DNA of 64,000 bases from an uncultured delta proteobacterium (GCA_963737265.1 CAVTRY010000023.1:160001-224000); one strand, 5' to 3'. Positions 49,564 to 60,312 are shown, numbered from the stretch's first letter. Numbers and translations are program-made. Notes: a model not told the origin generated them from the sequence alone.

Positions 49564-50223
49564 ATGAACACGACGATTCATTCCGATCGCCAGCGCTTAG
49601 AGACCATTCGGCGTTTGGGCTCGTCCACCTTCAATTACTGGTTCGGCTATGTCGCCAACCTCACCCTCGTCGCTTGGCTGGTCAGCCACGCCTGGCACGA
49701 TGGCGAGCTGAGCCTGGCTGGCGCGGAGTTTGGCGCGCTCGCCCTCGTCGGCCTCCTGTCGTGGACCTTGGCCGAGTATCTTCTGCACCGCTACGTCTAC
49801 CATGCGTGGTCGTCCTTCCTGAGTGTCGGCCACGCCTTGCACCATCGAAACCCGAACGACCTCATCGGTGTGCCTTGGTACCTGACCACGATCATCGTCG
49901 TTGCGGTTTTCGCGCTGCTGTCCATTCCATTTCGCGCGTCCATTGTTGGCGTGGTCATGGGCTTCAATTGGCTGGGATACATCTTCTATTGCATCTGTCA
50001 CCATGGCAGTCACCACTGGAACACCAAGCGTGGCTGGCTGAACAAAATGAAACGCCACCATTTGGCCCATCATGGACACCCGGAATACAATTGGGGGTTC
50101 ACGACACCCTGGTGGGATCTCGTCTTTCGCACGTATTACCGCCGCCGCAAGAACGCAGCGACCGAGCCCGGTGCGCTTCAGACCACCAGTCAGCCCGACC
50201 ATTTCCGAGACGCACGCGTATGA
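49564..50223 (+). CDS. Sterol desaturase / fatty-acid hydroxylase family protein
   Basis: EYLLHRYVYH, HALHH, CHHGSHH, HHLAHH, NWGFTTPWWD. Confidence 0.9.
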   Translation: MNTTIHSDRQRLETIRRLGSSTFNYWFGYVANLTLVAWLVSHAWHDGELSLAGAEFGALALVGLLSWTLAEYLLHRYVYHAWSSFLSVGHALHHRNPNDLIGVPWYLTTIIVVAVFALLSIPFRASIVGVVMGFNWLGYIFYCICHHGSHHWNTKRGWLNKMKRHHLAHHGHPEYNWGFTTPWWDLVFRTYYRRRKNAATEPGALQTTSQPDHFRDARV

Positions 50224-50693
50224 CGGCGCTGGCCAGGCGGAAATGCGGGGTGATCGTCAGATCGGGCGTTGGCCAGCGGGACCGGAAGACTAGGCGGCGA
50301 AGGTCTCGCCTTCCCCTGGTTCTTGAATGGGTTCGGCACCACGCGGGATCCATGGCGGCGACCGCGGTCGACTTCGTCATCATGATCGGATGCGTGGAGC
50401 TTTTCCATTTCAGTCCCGTCGAAGGCACGACAGTCGGCGCCCTGTGCGGCGGCTTCGCGAGCTTCTTGCTCGGACGCCACTGGGTCTTCCATCGCGCGGA
50501 TGAAGGAACGGCCGGGCAGCTCTTGCGCTACGCGATGGTCGCGGGCGCCAGTCTCGGCCTCAACGACCTGGGAGAATTCCTGCTGGTTCGCGCGGGCCTT
50601 GGCTACGTGGTGGCCCGTGTGATCGTCGCGGCGACGGTCAGCAATTTGTGGAACTATCCGCTGCACAAATTCTTCGTCTTCAGAGGCCGTTGA
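50220..50693 (+). CDS. GtrA-family membrane protein
   Basis: ATAVDF, RHWVF, QLLRY, WNYPLHKFFVF; ATGA overlap. Confidence 0.85.
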   Translation: MTALARRKCGVIVRSGVGQRDRKTRRRRSRLPLVLEWVRHHAGSMAATAVDFVIMIGCVELFHFSPVEGTTVGALCGGFASFLLGRHWVFHRADEGTAGQLLRYAMVAGASLGLNDLGEFLLVRAGLGYVVARVIVAATVSNLWNYPLHKFFVFRGR

Positions 50694-50696
50694 AGC

Positions 50697-50870
50697 CTTC
50701 GCATAGATCCAACAAAATCAAACGGGCTGCGTTCGGTCTCGCAGATAATGGTCGACAAGGTCACTGCCGTCCGGCGTGACAAGATCGGGAAGGCCGTCGG
50801 TCGTCTGGATGACGGAACCATGGTGCGAGTCAACCGGGCCATAGCTCTGTGGTTTGGCCTTGTAGCGTAG
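50697..50870 (+). pseudogene. PemK/MazF toxin C-terminal fragment (absent from the ORF track)
   Basis: Manual translation LRIDPTKSNGLRSVSQIMVDKVTAVRRDKIGKAVGRLDDGTMVRVNRAIALWFGLVA*. Confidence 0.75.
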
Positions 50871-50989
50871 TGCTAGATAGCCAATAGGCCATTGAGCTGG
50901 CCGCAGGAATAGCGGTACGCCCGGTTGCCGCTCTCGCTTGCGCGGGTTAGGAACACGCCGCATGCCTGTTCGCACCAAGCGCTGGAACG

Positions 50990-51205
50990 ATCCCGCGGAA
51001 GCAGACGACGGGCGAGCAGCACCACCAGCTCCGCGCCACTCGTCGCCCTGTGGATCTCTGTCGTCGGGCTGTACAGAATTTCGCTGAGCAAATCTAGGGT
51101 ATCCACATCGTCGTCGGCGATGACGATGCGCGCTGTCACCCATTCGCTCGGTTGCACTTGCCGTTGGGCCAGACGACCAAGCTCAGAAGCCGTTGACTGG
51201 TTCAT
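50990..51205 (-). pseudogene. Truncated response-regulator receiver
   Basis: RIVIADDDVDTLDLLSEIL...ATSGAELV, then similarity is lost before the phospho-Asp. Confidence 0.6.
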
Positions 51206-51262
51206 CAGAAACCTACCTTTCGATTCGCTGCAATCATCACGCTGCTCACGCTGCACAGCTCT

Positions 51263-51277
51263 GCATGGGGAATGCCA
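51263..51277 (-). promoter_or_regulatory. Possible sigma-54 promoter
   Basis: TGGCAT-TCCCC-ATGC with correct GG/GC spacing, ~60 bp upstream of 51205. Confidence 0.35.
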
Positions 51278-51651
51278 GAATAACGACGATGTCGCCCCGC
51301 CCGGCACAAGCAGATTTTTCGGCAATCCCGCTGGTCTGTTTCCGCCGGAATGTCGAGAGCGCATTGTCAATTCGCCCACGACATGCGGACCATGCCGGTC
51401 ATCTTTGCGAATAGCGCAGCCGATCTCTGGCGCGCACAGCGACTCCTTGTCGCGCGGCGCGGATTGGCTGCGACAAAACGACCCGGCAATAGCGTCGGTC
51501 CGTGCCCGCGAGAGGCGTGCCACAGGGCAGAATTCGACTCTGACGGACGTCACCGACCCGCGCGACACGACTTTCGGAGCAACATTTTGCTTCGCTTGCC
51601 GATAACCTTTCCATGGCTATTCATCGAGCAGCAATCAAGACGAGCTTTTCC

Positions 51652-51822
51652 ATGCACTCGGAGCCGGGTACGTGGTTTGGCAAATTCTTGACTCGGATCG
51701 GTTCAAGCGTCGTGAAAGACGTCCCGGCAAGCCTCGAAGCGTGCGAGTCATGCCGCGAAGAGACGTGCACGCAACAACGCTGGCTGAGCTGTGCCAAACG
51801 CCTCGCCGCCGAAGCGCAGTAA
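51652..51822 (+). CDS. Small Cys-rich hypothetical protein
   Basis: VVKDVPASLEACESCREETCTQQRWLSCAKRL; four spaced cysteines. Confidence 0.45.
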   Translation: MHSEPGTWFGKFLTRIGSSVVKDVPASLEACESCREETCTQQRWLSCAKRLAAEAQ

Positions 51823-51916
51823 GCAACGAGCCGATGTTGCCCGTCGACGCACTGGAGCGAACGAGAGCATCGCCATCACGCGCCGCCACTTCGACGCAGC
51901 CCTCGGGCTTACGGCC

Positions 51917-53325
51917 TGATCCCTAACCGAGGGTAGTTTTCCGCAGATCCCTCCTGATCCCCTAACCGAGGGTAGTTTTCCTTTCCAGATCCCCAACCGC
52001 GCAGATCGCTAACCGCCGCGCAGATCCCTAACCGAGGGTCGAGATCCTAACCGCAGGGTCGAGATCCTAACCGCGCCGAGATCCTAACCGAGGGTAGTTT
52101 TCTCCCCTTCCCTGATCCTAACCGAGGGTAGTTTTCCGCAGATCCCTAACGGTTCCGCAGCTCCCTAACCGCAAACCGAGGGTAGATCCCTAACCGCAGA
52201 TCCCTCCGCCTGATCCCTAACCGAGGGTAGTTTTCCGCAGATCCCTAACGGTTCCGCAGCTCCCTACAGATCCCTAACCGAGGGTAGTTTTCACCGAGGG
52301 TAGTTTTCGTCAGATCCCTAACCGCGCAGATCCCAGATCCCTAACCGTCAGATCCCTAACCGAGGGTAGTTTTCACCGAGGGTAGTTTTCGTCAGATCCC
52401 TAACCGCGCAGATCCCCAACCGAGGGCAGTTTCGCGTAACCGCGCAGATCCCTAACCGAGGGTAGTTTCGCGTCGTCGTCAGATCCTACCGTGATCCCTA
52501 ACCGAGGGTAGTTTTCCTTTCCAGATCCCCAACCGCGCAGATCGCTAACCGCCGCGCAGATCCCTAACCGCCTGATCCCTAACCGAGGGTAGTTTTCCGC
52601 AGATCCCTAACGGTTCCGCAGCTCCCTAACCGCAAACCGAGGGTAGATCCCTAACCCAGATCCCTCTCAGATCCCTAACCGAGGGTAGTTTTCACCGAGG
52701 GTAGTTTTCGTCAGATCCCTAACCGCGCAGATCCCTAACCGAGGGTAGTTTCGCGTCGTCGTCAGATCCTAACCGTCCCAGATCCCCAGATCCCCAGATC
52801 CCTAACCGAGGGTGGTTTCCAGATCCCCAACCGAGGGCAGTTTCGAGGACCCCGACGTCCGGAATCCGGACGTTTCTGCGGTTTCGAAGCACCTCATCGG
52901 TTCTCGCAAAGTACCCTCGGACCGGGTCCAGAAGTACCCTCGGACCGGGTCCAGGGGTCATCAAGCACCTCATCGGTTCTCGCAAAGTACCCTCGGACCG
53001 GGTCCACCAAAGTACCCTCGGACCGGGTCCAGGGTCCACGCGGACCGGGTCCACGGGACCGCCCCAGATCCCTAACCGAGGGTGGTTTCCAGAATCCTCA
53101 ACCGAGGGTAGTTTCGAGGACCCGACGTCCGGAATCCGGACGTTTCTGCGGTTCGAAGCACCTCATCGGTTCTCGCAAAGTACCCTCGGACCGGGTCCAG
53201 GGGTCATCAAGCACCTCATCGGTTCTCGCAAAGTACCCTCGGACCGGGTCCACCGGACCGGGTCCACCCACCGGGACCGGGTCCACCGGACCGGGTCCAC
53301 CGGGACCGGGTCCACCGGACCGCCG
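51917..53325. repeat. Scrambled repeat region built from the arms of a ~90-bp imperfect hairpin
   Basis: Many GATCCCTAACCGAGGGTAGTTTT copies on the left and GGACCGGGTCCAC copies on the right; hairpin unit at 52831-52920 and 53102-53189. Confidence 0.88.
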
Positions 53326-53485
53326 CGCGAAGCCTACGAGACGATGCGTCTGCTCTCCACCCGGAGTGCGAAAGATTTGCCAAGATTCCCCGTAACCGCC
53401 CCTGAGCGAGCTGCGTATGCAGGGGGAATCGCGGAATCCATCCAAAGGCTGGATGGACCCCGCAACCAGGAAAGGAACGTGACCC

Positions 53486-54547
53486 ATGAGAACTCATACG
53501 TTTAGTCGCACGTTGCAGTCGTGTGTTGCTGCCGTTGGTCTGCTCGCCGTTACCTCCAGCAGTCAAGCATCGACAGAAGACGGTAGTCAGCTATGTACGC
53601 TCGGCTCCTCGGGTGTGGGGCAGCCGGGCACTGTGATTTGCAAGAATGTTATGACCGGCGCGACCATACAGTCTGTCCCGGTCGGCACCACCATCGCTGG
53701 CCCTGGGGGCATCGCTGGCAACCTGACCCGCCACGGAAAGAGCGCGCTGGTGACGAACCAGTCGCAGGGCGCGGTGCTTTTCGAGGTGGTCGGGGGACAG
53801 TTGAAGTCGCCCGTCCTGCTTCAGACTGGCGGAGAGGGCTCGCTTTCCGGTGCCCTGAGCGACCGCGGCGCCTACGCGTTGACCGGCACGCGCCTGCTCT
53901 TCTTCCCCAACGGGGAGATGGCGGCCACGAGCAGCCGGGCGCTGCTTATGGCGGACGGATCGGCGGCGCAGGTCACGCTTGCGGGCGACCACGCCTACGT
54001 TTCGGAAAAGAGCGGCTCTCTCGAAGCCTTTTCCCTTGGCCACGACGGCAATATCGTAGGCGGCGCCACGCCGGTTGCCGGAGTTCCCGCCGGCGTGATT
54101 GTGGGCATCACCGGGGTCAGTGATCTGGTCGTGTCGCCCATCGCCCACTTGGCCAGCAATGCCAACCAGTCGACCATTCCAGTCGTCAGCGGGCTCAGCG
54201 TCGGCCAGATCGTCCCGACCAAAGAGGTCGCGGCTTGCTGGGCGGCCAATGACGGCGACGAAGCGTGTGTCACGAATCCGGGCAGCATGACGGTTTCGTG
54301 CGGGCACCTTGGATCGTCCGCCTTCACCAGCTACACCAGCGCCGCGGCTAGCCTCAGCGGAGACACGGTCTTCGACATCGGCATGATGGACATGTCGGTC
54401 GGTATTCTGGGCATGAGCAGCGGAGCACCAGTGCTTCTTACCTTCAGGCGCATGAAACAAGGTGGGGACTTTCTGAGCCCGATCGGGGAATTCCCACTTG
54501 GCATGTCCACTGCCACAGGCGCGATGCTCCTGCCCGCGATTCAGTAA
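53486..54547 (+). CDS. Secreted hypothetical protein, probably a beta-propeller
   Basis: AAGGA RBS, signal peptide, beta-strand-rich repeats, AACW...ACVTN motif. Confidence 0.65.
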   Translation: MRTHTFSRTLQSCVAAVGLLAVTSSSQASTEDGSQLCTLGSSGVGQPGTVICKNVMTGATIQSVPVGTTIAGPGGIAGNLTRHGKSALVTNQSQGAVLFEVVGGQLKSPVLLQTGGEGSLSGALSDRGAYALTGTRLLFFPNGEMAATSSRALLMADGSAAQVTLAGDHAYVSEKSGSLEAFSLGHDGNIVGGATPVAGVPAGVIVGITGVSDLVVSPIAHLASNANQSTIPVVSGLSVGQIVPTKEVAACWAANDGDEACVTNPGSMTVSCGHLGSSAFTSYTSAAASLSGDTVFDIGMMDMSVGILGMSSGAPVLLTFRRMKQGGDFLSPIGEFPLGMSTATGAMLLPAIQ

Positions 54548-54599
54548 GGTCGGAGGCCCCAAGGAGCTGGCTGATCGACGGCCCAAGCGGTGGCCGGCT

Positions 54600-54968
54600 C
54601 CTGTGCCCGGGCTGGAGAGCACGCCTTCAGGTGGCGTGTCGAGCGACCAGACGCCGGCCAAGCGCGGTCAGCTCGGCCAAGTCGAATGGCTTGTCCAGCA
54701 AGGCCACAGCGCCCGCTGGTGAAGGTCATGGCTGCCGAAAGCAGTGATGACGACAACCGGCGGCAGGAGCGGGCTTCGGCATAGATCCTCCAGCGCCAGA
54801 AGTCCGCTCCACCCAGGCATCCTGACGTCGGAGACCAACAAGTCGAATGGTTCGACGCCCGAGTTGTGCAGCATCGAGGTGAATGCGCGGGCGGCTTCGT
54901 ATGGTTACTTCTGCGTTGGCGTGAACCTGCCTGTCCGGTGACATATTCGAACCCACCTTCCCGCGCAT
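54600..54968 (-). pseudogene. Degraded response-regulator receiver
   Basis: FDLLVSDVRMPGWSGL...VVVITAFGS; continues out of frame as LLDKPFDL; N-terminus not intact. Confidence 0.7.
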
Positions 54969-55040
54969 GGCTAACTATCCTCCACCCTTGATACTGGCAT
55001 CGGTGGTGCCAGACACGGAATTGGGCGACTATGAGCTGAG

Positions 55041-55055
55041 GCAAGCGGCATGCCA
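55041..55055 (-). promoter_or_regulatory. Sigma-54 promoter motif
   Basis: TGGCAT-GCCGC-TTGC on the minus strand. Confidence 0.5.
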
Positions 55056-55312
55056 CGGAAGTTCCTAATGACTCATGCGATGATTGCATCGCTCGCAACC
55101 GAGGCCATCCGCCACGTGTGGCAGGTTGTCACGCCAAGGGCTGTAGAATTACGCCTCAGCGTCGAGTTGCCCGCGTGTGAGTCGTAGCAAGATGTCACGC
55201 GAGGCAGATTGCCACGCCATCGGGTTGCCGGGCTGTTCGGTTCCGTGGCTGTCCACTCCCCGAAAAACCTTGGATTTCCGCCCAAGGAGGCCAGGAATTG
55301 CGGCACGACTGA

Positions 55313-55328
55313 CGGCACGCGATTTGCT
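55313..55328 (+). promoter_or_regulatory. Sigma-54 promoter motif
   Basis: CGGCAC-GCGAT-TTGCT, ~60 bp upstream of the ATG at 55389. Confidence 0.55.
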
Positions 55329-55388
55329 GAATGCTGTGCCGAGGAGAAACGAGAGACTGCGTGAACCGCCAAATCCAAGGAGAAGACC

Positions 55389-55694
55389 ATGACCCGTGTT
55401 CCTAATGCATTCCTTTCTCTGATCCTCAGCGCGGGGTTGCTCGTCAGCACCGGGTGCGAGGACGAGGCAAACAAGACCGCACTCAACACCTGCCGTACCA
55501 GTCTCGAAAGCCTCCAGAAGACCTCGACTGCACAGGTTGCAAACGTGAACGAATTGAAACAAGAACTGGCCCAGTCTCAGGCCAAGGTCGAGGAGCTGAC
55601 CAAAGAGGTTGACCAGCTCAAGAGTCCCAAGTCGGGCAAGGCAGAGGTTACCGCGGCCAAGCCCGCCGCTCCGGCGAAGAAGAAAAGGAAGTAA
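55389..55694 (+). CDS. Small coiled-coil lipoprotein
   Basis: AAGGAG RBS, lipobox STGC, heptad pattern, basic tail. Confidence 0.75.
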   Translation: MTRVPNAFLSLILSAGLLVSTGCEDEANKTALNTCRTSLESLQKTSTAQVANVNELKQELAQSQAKVEELTKEVDQLKSPKSGKAEVTAAKPAAPAKKKRK

Positions 55695-55735
55695 AAGCTC
55701 GCGGCCCAACAACTTCACCTGAAAGGACTTTACGC

Positions 55736-56308
55736 ATGAGAAACCGGATTGCCGTCTTTATCATCCTTGCTTCAATCGGGCTCGCCTGCTCTCACCAGCA
55801 GCAGCAGAAGGCACCGACTGTCGCGCCACCGCAAGCGCCCGCCCCGAGGCGGACTGCCGAGAACACATCCCCGACTACCGAGCGCACTTGTTCGTCGGAC
55901 ATAGATTGTGGCGAACGGCAGCTTTGCATCCGTTTCAAATGCGTCGACATCACGCCCGGCCTCGCTGAGTGCAATACGGCGCGCATCCACTTTGATTTCA
56001 ACCAAGCTGACATCCACCCGGACGAAACAGCGAAACTTCAGCGTATGGGGCGTTGCTTGAAGGCCGATCATGCGCTTCACGTGACCATCGAAGGTAACGC
56101 CGACGAACGGGGAACCGAGGACTGGAACCTCGCGCTCGGCGACAAACGTGCCACGGCGGTCGAGAACTACCTGGAGCAACTGGGTGTTTCGAAGACTCAA
56201 CTCAAGACCGTTAGCTACGGAAAGGAGCGTCCCCTTTGTACCCAACACAACGAAGAGTGCTGGGCGAAGAATCGTCGGGCCGCTTTGAAGCCGAAGGAAG
56301 GGCGCTAG
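55736..56308 (+). CDS. pal: Peptidoglycan-associated lipoprotein (OmpA family) with Cys-rich insert
   Basis: Lipobox GLAC; IHFDFN, IEGNADERGTEDWNLALGDKRA, SYGKERP, WAKNRRA. Confidence 0.88.
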   Translation: MRNRIAVFIILASIGLACSHQQQQKAPTVAPPQAPAPRRTAENTSPTTERTCSSDIDCGERQLCIRFKCVDITPGLAECNTARIHFDFNQADIHPDETAKLQRMGRCLKADHALHVTIEGNADERGTEDWNLALGDKRATAVENYLEQLGVSKTQLKTVSYGKERPLCTQHNEECWAKNRRAALKPKEGR

Positions 56309-56309
56309 A

Positions 56310-57060
56310 CCTCGTCATTCAAAACCGCGTTCGCCCGCTTGGCCGTGGAAGTTTCCTCGGAGGTATTGCCGCGACGGTAGCCGTCCATCTTTGCCTTGCC
56401 GCGCTCGTCTTTTTCGCGCACGTCAAATCACCGCCACCCGTTGAGGTACCTCGTGATGTTTTGGTGACCAGGTTGGTTTCGCTCGGCAAACCACCCGACA
56501 AGCGCTGGCTCCCCCGCATCGTCCAGCCACAACCGAAAGCACCACCACGCCTGTTGAAGGTCACCGAAAATCCCAATGCGGCGCCAGCGCCCAAAGAGGC
56601 GCCGCGACCTGACGACGCCGAGCTGTCGAAGGAAGTGCAGCACGCTCTCAAGCGAGCTCAGCGTCTGGCGCAAGCCGAAGCTAGCCAGGAAGATCCCCTG
56701 GGAGCGCTGACCGGATCCACCCAAGGCACATCTACGCAAGGTGTGACCGGCGACGAATATGCGACGGCCATCTACACCGCAATCCGCAAGAATTGGAACA
56801 TCCCCACGGGCCTCATCACCGACACCGAGCTGGCTGGCCTCACCGCCGAGGTTCGGCTCTCGATTCTCGGCGACGGAACGCTGTCCCGCATCGAGATGCG
56901 GAAGCCCTCGGGCAACCAGTATTTCGACGACTCTTGCCTGCAGGCCGTAAAGACCACCCATCAAGTTCCGCCGCCACCGGCCAATCTGCGCGAGAGATTC
57001 GAGCGTGGCACACTGCTGGAATTTTCCGGCAAAGACATGGCCCACCAAGGAACAGCATGA
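56310..57060 (+). CDS. TolA/TonB C-terminal domain protein (start uncertain)
   Basis: TM with VAVH, Pro-rich linker, IRKNWNIP, SGNQYFDDSCLQAV, PPPP. Confidence 0.78.
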
Positions 57061-57188
57061 GTGGATTGGGGGATTCCGCTTGACCAATCCCCAGCATTGA
57101 TAGTTCGGCGGCAAACCCGTCGCGAATCCCAGATCTATGAAGGCGGCGCACAAAACCCGTCGTGGGGCCCCATGCCCGCCGAATCGCC

Positions 57189-58571
57189 CTAACCGTTGGG
57201 CAATCGAATGATGAAGGTCGAGCCAGCACCGACTTGGCTGTGCACCTCGACCTGTCCTCCGTGAGCTTCCACGATAGCCTTGACGAGGCTGAGCCCAAGC
57301 CCAAGTCCACGTTCGCTCCGACTTTGATCTGACCGATAGAGACGCTGCCAAATGCGCGGCTGATCCTCGGCGGAGATACCCACGCCGGTATCCTTCACCA
57401 CAAGAGATGCCCAGGGCTCCGCGCGCGTCGTGGTGAGCTCGACCTGTCCGCCGTTGGGCGTGTACTTGATCGCGTTGTCGAGGAGGTTTGCCACTGCTTG
57501 TCGCAGACGAATGGCATCGGCCTTGACGTTCACGCCGGTGGCCAGGTGGGTAAGGATGCGAATGCCCCTCTCCTCCCCGACGTCCTGATAGACGTCGAGG
57601 ACATTCCTTGCCAGCTCGCTCAGATCGACGTTGCTCCGGTCGAGCTTCATCACGCCGTTCTCGGCTTCCGAAATGTCCATCAGGGTCTTCAACATCGCCA
57701 ACACGTGATCGGACTCTTCCAACGTGTCGGCCAAGGCATCGCGCACCCGCTGTGGATCCGCCACGTCACGAAGTGCCACTTCCGCGCCGGTGCGCAGGCG
57801 AGTCAGTGGGGTACGCAAATCGTGGGCGACATTATCGAGCGCTTCGCGCATGCCACGCACGAGCGCCTCATTGCGCGAAAGCACGCCGTTGAAAAGGTGG
57901 GAAAGCTCATCGAGCTCGTCGCCGGTGCCCCGTTCAACGACCCGCAAGGCGAGATCGCCGGAGTCAATCACCTTGCGTGCCGTGGTGGCAAGGCGCTGCA
58001 CCGGACGCAACGCCCGACGGGTGAGAAAGAAGCCTCCGACGAGCCCAAGCGCCACCGCTCCGATCCATACCGCGACCAATCCTGTCCGCAGGTGTCCGAC
58101 GACCTCCTGCGTCTGTTCGTCGCTGATCGCAACTTGGAGCCAGCGCCCCTCGGAAAGCGGCGCAGCCGTCAAGTTCCACAGCGAACCGCTATTCAGATCC
58201 CGCACTGAACGCACCGTCTGGGACGATGGGTGCGCCGCCATCGCGTCCGCGGCGAAGGACAGCCCGGGATTTGATCTCTCGAAGATCGTGATATCGGTGT
58301 GGTCGACCACGCGAACGTACACCAGCCGCTGCCCATACTCGGGCGACTCGGCCATCTTCCTAAGACCTTCGATGCCTTGTGCCTCGAATGCCTGCTTGTG
58401 CCGATTCAAGCTGCTGGCAAGAGTCTCGACGATCCGCTCCTGGATTGACGAGCGAATGCGAAATTCCGCGGCGGCAGCCAGAAGAATCGTACTTGCGAGA
58501 AAGACCAGGAAATACCAGCCCGTCAGCCGGAACCCCAACGAGCGCAGTCGGCTACTCCTTGCGGAGGACAT
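57189..58571 (-). CDS. HAMP-domain sensor histidine kinase
   Basis: Two TMs, HAMP, NVAHDLRTPL, NLLDNAIKY, DTGVGI, GLGLGL. Confidence 0.93.
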   Translation of the reverse strand: MSSARSSRLRSLGFRLTGWYFLVFLASTILLAAAAEFRIRSSIQERIVETLASSLNRHKQAFEAQGIEGLRKMAESPEYGQRLVYVRVVDHTDITIFERSNPGLSFAADAMAAHPSSQTVRSVRDLNSGSLWNLTAAPLSEGRWLQVAISDEQTQEVVGHLRTGLVAVWIGAVALGLVGGFFLTRRALRPVQRLATTARKVIDSGDLALRVVERGTGDELDELSHLFNGVLSRNEALVRGMREALDNVAHDLRTPLTRLRTGAEVALRDVADPQRVRDALADTLEESDHVLAMLKTLMDISEAENGVMKLDRSNVDLSELARNVLDVYQDVGEERGIRILTHLATGVNVKADAIRLRQAVANLLDNAIKYTPNGGQVELTTTRAEPWASLVVKDTGVGISAEDQPRIWQRLYRSDQSRSERGLGLGLSLVKAIVEAHGGQVEVHSQVGAGSTFIIRLPNG

Positions 58572-59229
58572 ACCCGACCCCGCGCAAGGTTTGGACGAGC
58601 TTCACTGGAAAGTCGCGATCGATCTTTCGGCGCAAGCGGCTGACCAGCACGTCGACCACGTTCGTCTGCGGATCGAAGGAATAGTTCCAGATGTGCTCGA
58701 GGATCATCGTCTTGGACAGCACACGTCCGACATTGCGTAGCAGGTAGACGAGGAGCGCGAACTCACGCGCTTGCAGCTCTATCGATTGTCCGCCGCGCGT
58801 GACCCGGCGTGATTCCAGGTCGAGCGTCAGATCTTCAAACGCAAGCACGCGCGCCGCCTCGCTTGCGCCGCTCGACCGTCGCACCAGCGCGTGCAAGCGG
58901 GCGAGCAGCTCGGCGAACGAGAAGGGCTTGGTCAAGTAGTCGTCGGCGCCGGCCGAAAGTCCCTTCACCCGGTCCTCCACATCGCTCTTCGCGCTGAGAA
59001 TGATGATGGGCACCTTGTGCCTGCGTTCGCGCAGCTCTCGAATCAGGCCAAGCCCGTCGCGACCAGGCAGCATAAGATCGACTATCGTCGCGTCGAAGCG
59101 ATCGTCCAGGGCAAACCCGAATCCCTCCTCGCCATTACGACTCCATTCGACGACATGCCCTTCCTGCCGCAAGCCTTGGACGACAAAATTGCCGATCTTT
59201 TCGTCGTCTTCGATGAGAAGGAATCGCAT
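58552..59229 (-). CDS. OmpR-family response regulator (CusR-like)
   Basis: LLIEDD, VDLMLP, GADDYLTKPF, TNVVDV..SRLRRKID, TLRGVGY. Confidence 0.94.
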   Translation of the reverse strand: MRFLLIEDDEKIGNFVVQGLRQEGHVVEWSRNGEEGFGFALDDRFDATIVDLMLPGRDGLGLIRELRERRHKVPIIILSAKSDVEDRVKGLSAGADDYLTKPFSFAELLARLHALVRRSSGASEAARVLAFEDLTLDLESRRVTRGGQSIELQAREFALLVYLLRNVGRVLSKTMILEHIWNYSFDPQTNVVDVLVSRLRRKIDRDFPVKLVQTLRGVGYVLRKE

Positions 59230-59259
59230 GGTGTGGACGGCACAACCGCCGTGTCCCGG

Positions 59260-59343
59260 TCAAGATCGCCGCGGAGTTACGAATTGCACCGCCGCGAATT
59301 GTACCCAAACCCCGCGTCCCTGGCCATCGCGCACGCGCGGGAA
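59260..59343 (-). repeat. Diverged duplicate of the last 28 codons of batE (direct repeat of 60748-60831)
   Basis: 72/84 nt identical by manual alignment; FPRVRDGQGRGVWVQFAAVQFVTPRRS* versus FLRVRDGQGRRGWVQSAAVQLVVPRRS*. Confidence 0.9.
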
Positions 59344-59474
59344 GCATGCTCGCTGAAGCGGGTGCCAAATGGTCAGCGCACATGGACCATCCTTGCCATT
59401 GCGGTGCGGTTAGGCCAAGTTATGCGGCGCTCGTTGCCGCGTTCCGGCTGCGCGCCACCTTCATTCGACGGTCT

Positions 59475-60311
59475 ATGGAAGCGCTCGAATTCACCATCGC
59501 AGTCTTTGCAGGCTCGGTCACGGCCGGGCTGTTGGGCGCGCTCACCGGGCTCGGCGGCGGGGTGGTTCTCATCCCACTGCTCACGCTGCTGTTCAAGGTG
59601 GACATCCGCTACGCCATGGGGGCCTCCCTAGTCGCCGTGATTGCCACATCCTCCGGCTCTGCCGCGGCCTACATCAAGGAGGGGTTCTCGAACATCCGCA
59701 TCGGTATGTTCCTCGAGGTGGCCACCACGCTGGGTGCACTGGGTGGAGCGCTCTTGGCTACCCGTGTCCCGACCCAAGCCTTGGCCTCTATCCTGGGCGT
59801 AGTTCTGCTCGGTTCGGCCTACCTGTCGCGCAAGCCGCGCTCCCGCACGGAGCGCGAGGTGCCGCCCGATGCTCTCGCCACCCGTCTCGGCATGAACGGC
59901 ACCGTGCCCGAGCCGGAAGGGATGCGCGACTACAACGTCACCCACGTGCCCCTGGGATTCGCCCTCATGTTGGGAGCTGGCGCACTGTCGGGTTTACTCG
60001 GAATCGGCTCGGGAGCCATGAAGGTGCTGGCCATGGATCGCGCCATGAAGATCCCTTTCAAGGTATCGACCACCACCAGCAACTTCATGATCGGCGTCAC
60101 CGCCGCCTCCAGCGCTGGCGTCTTCCTTGAGCGAGGATACATCGAGCCTGGGTTGGCCATGCCCGTGGTGCTGGGCGTGCTAGCTGGCTCGGTCGTGGGC
60201 ACACGCATCCTCACCCGCGGTCAGACCAAGCGGCTGCGCCCGCTCTTTAGCGTAGTGATCGCCGCGCTCGGGGTCGAGATGATCCTCAAGGGCATGCACG
60301 GGACGCCATGA
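59475..60311 (+). CDS. TauE/SafE (TSUP) family permease
   Basis: GALTGLGGG, AMGASL, SGLLGIGSG, STTTSNFMIGVTA. Confidence 0.92.
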   Translation: MEALEFTIAVFAGSVTAGLLGALTGLGGGVVLIPLLTLLFKVDIRYAMGASLVAVIATSSGSAAAYIKEGFSNIRIGMFLEVATTLGALGGALLATRVPTQALASILGVVLLGSAYLSRKPRSRTEREVPPDALATRLGMNGTVPEPEGMRDYNVTHVPLGFALMLGAGALSGLLGIGSGAMKVLAMDRAMKIPFKVSTTTSNFMIGVTAASSAGVFLERGYIEPGLAMPVVLGVLAGSVVGTRILTRGQTKRLRPLFSVVIAALGVEMILKGMHGTP

Positions 60312-60312
60312 G

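Noticed and set aside
51917-53325. CRISPR array or telomere-like CCCTAA repeat
   Set aside because: No spacers; CCCTAA is part of a longer unit derived from a hairpin arm and is not tandem
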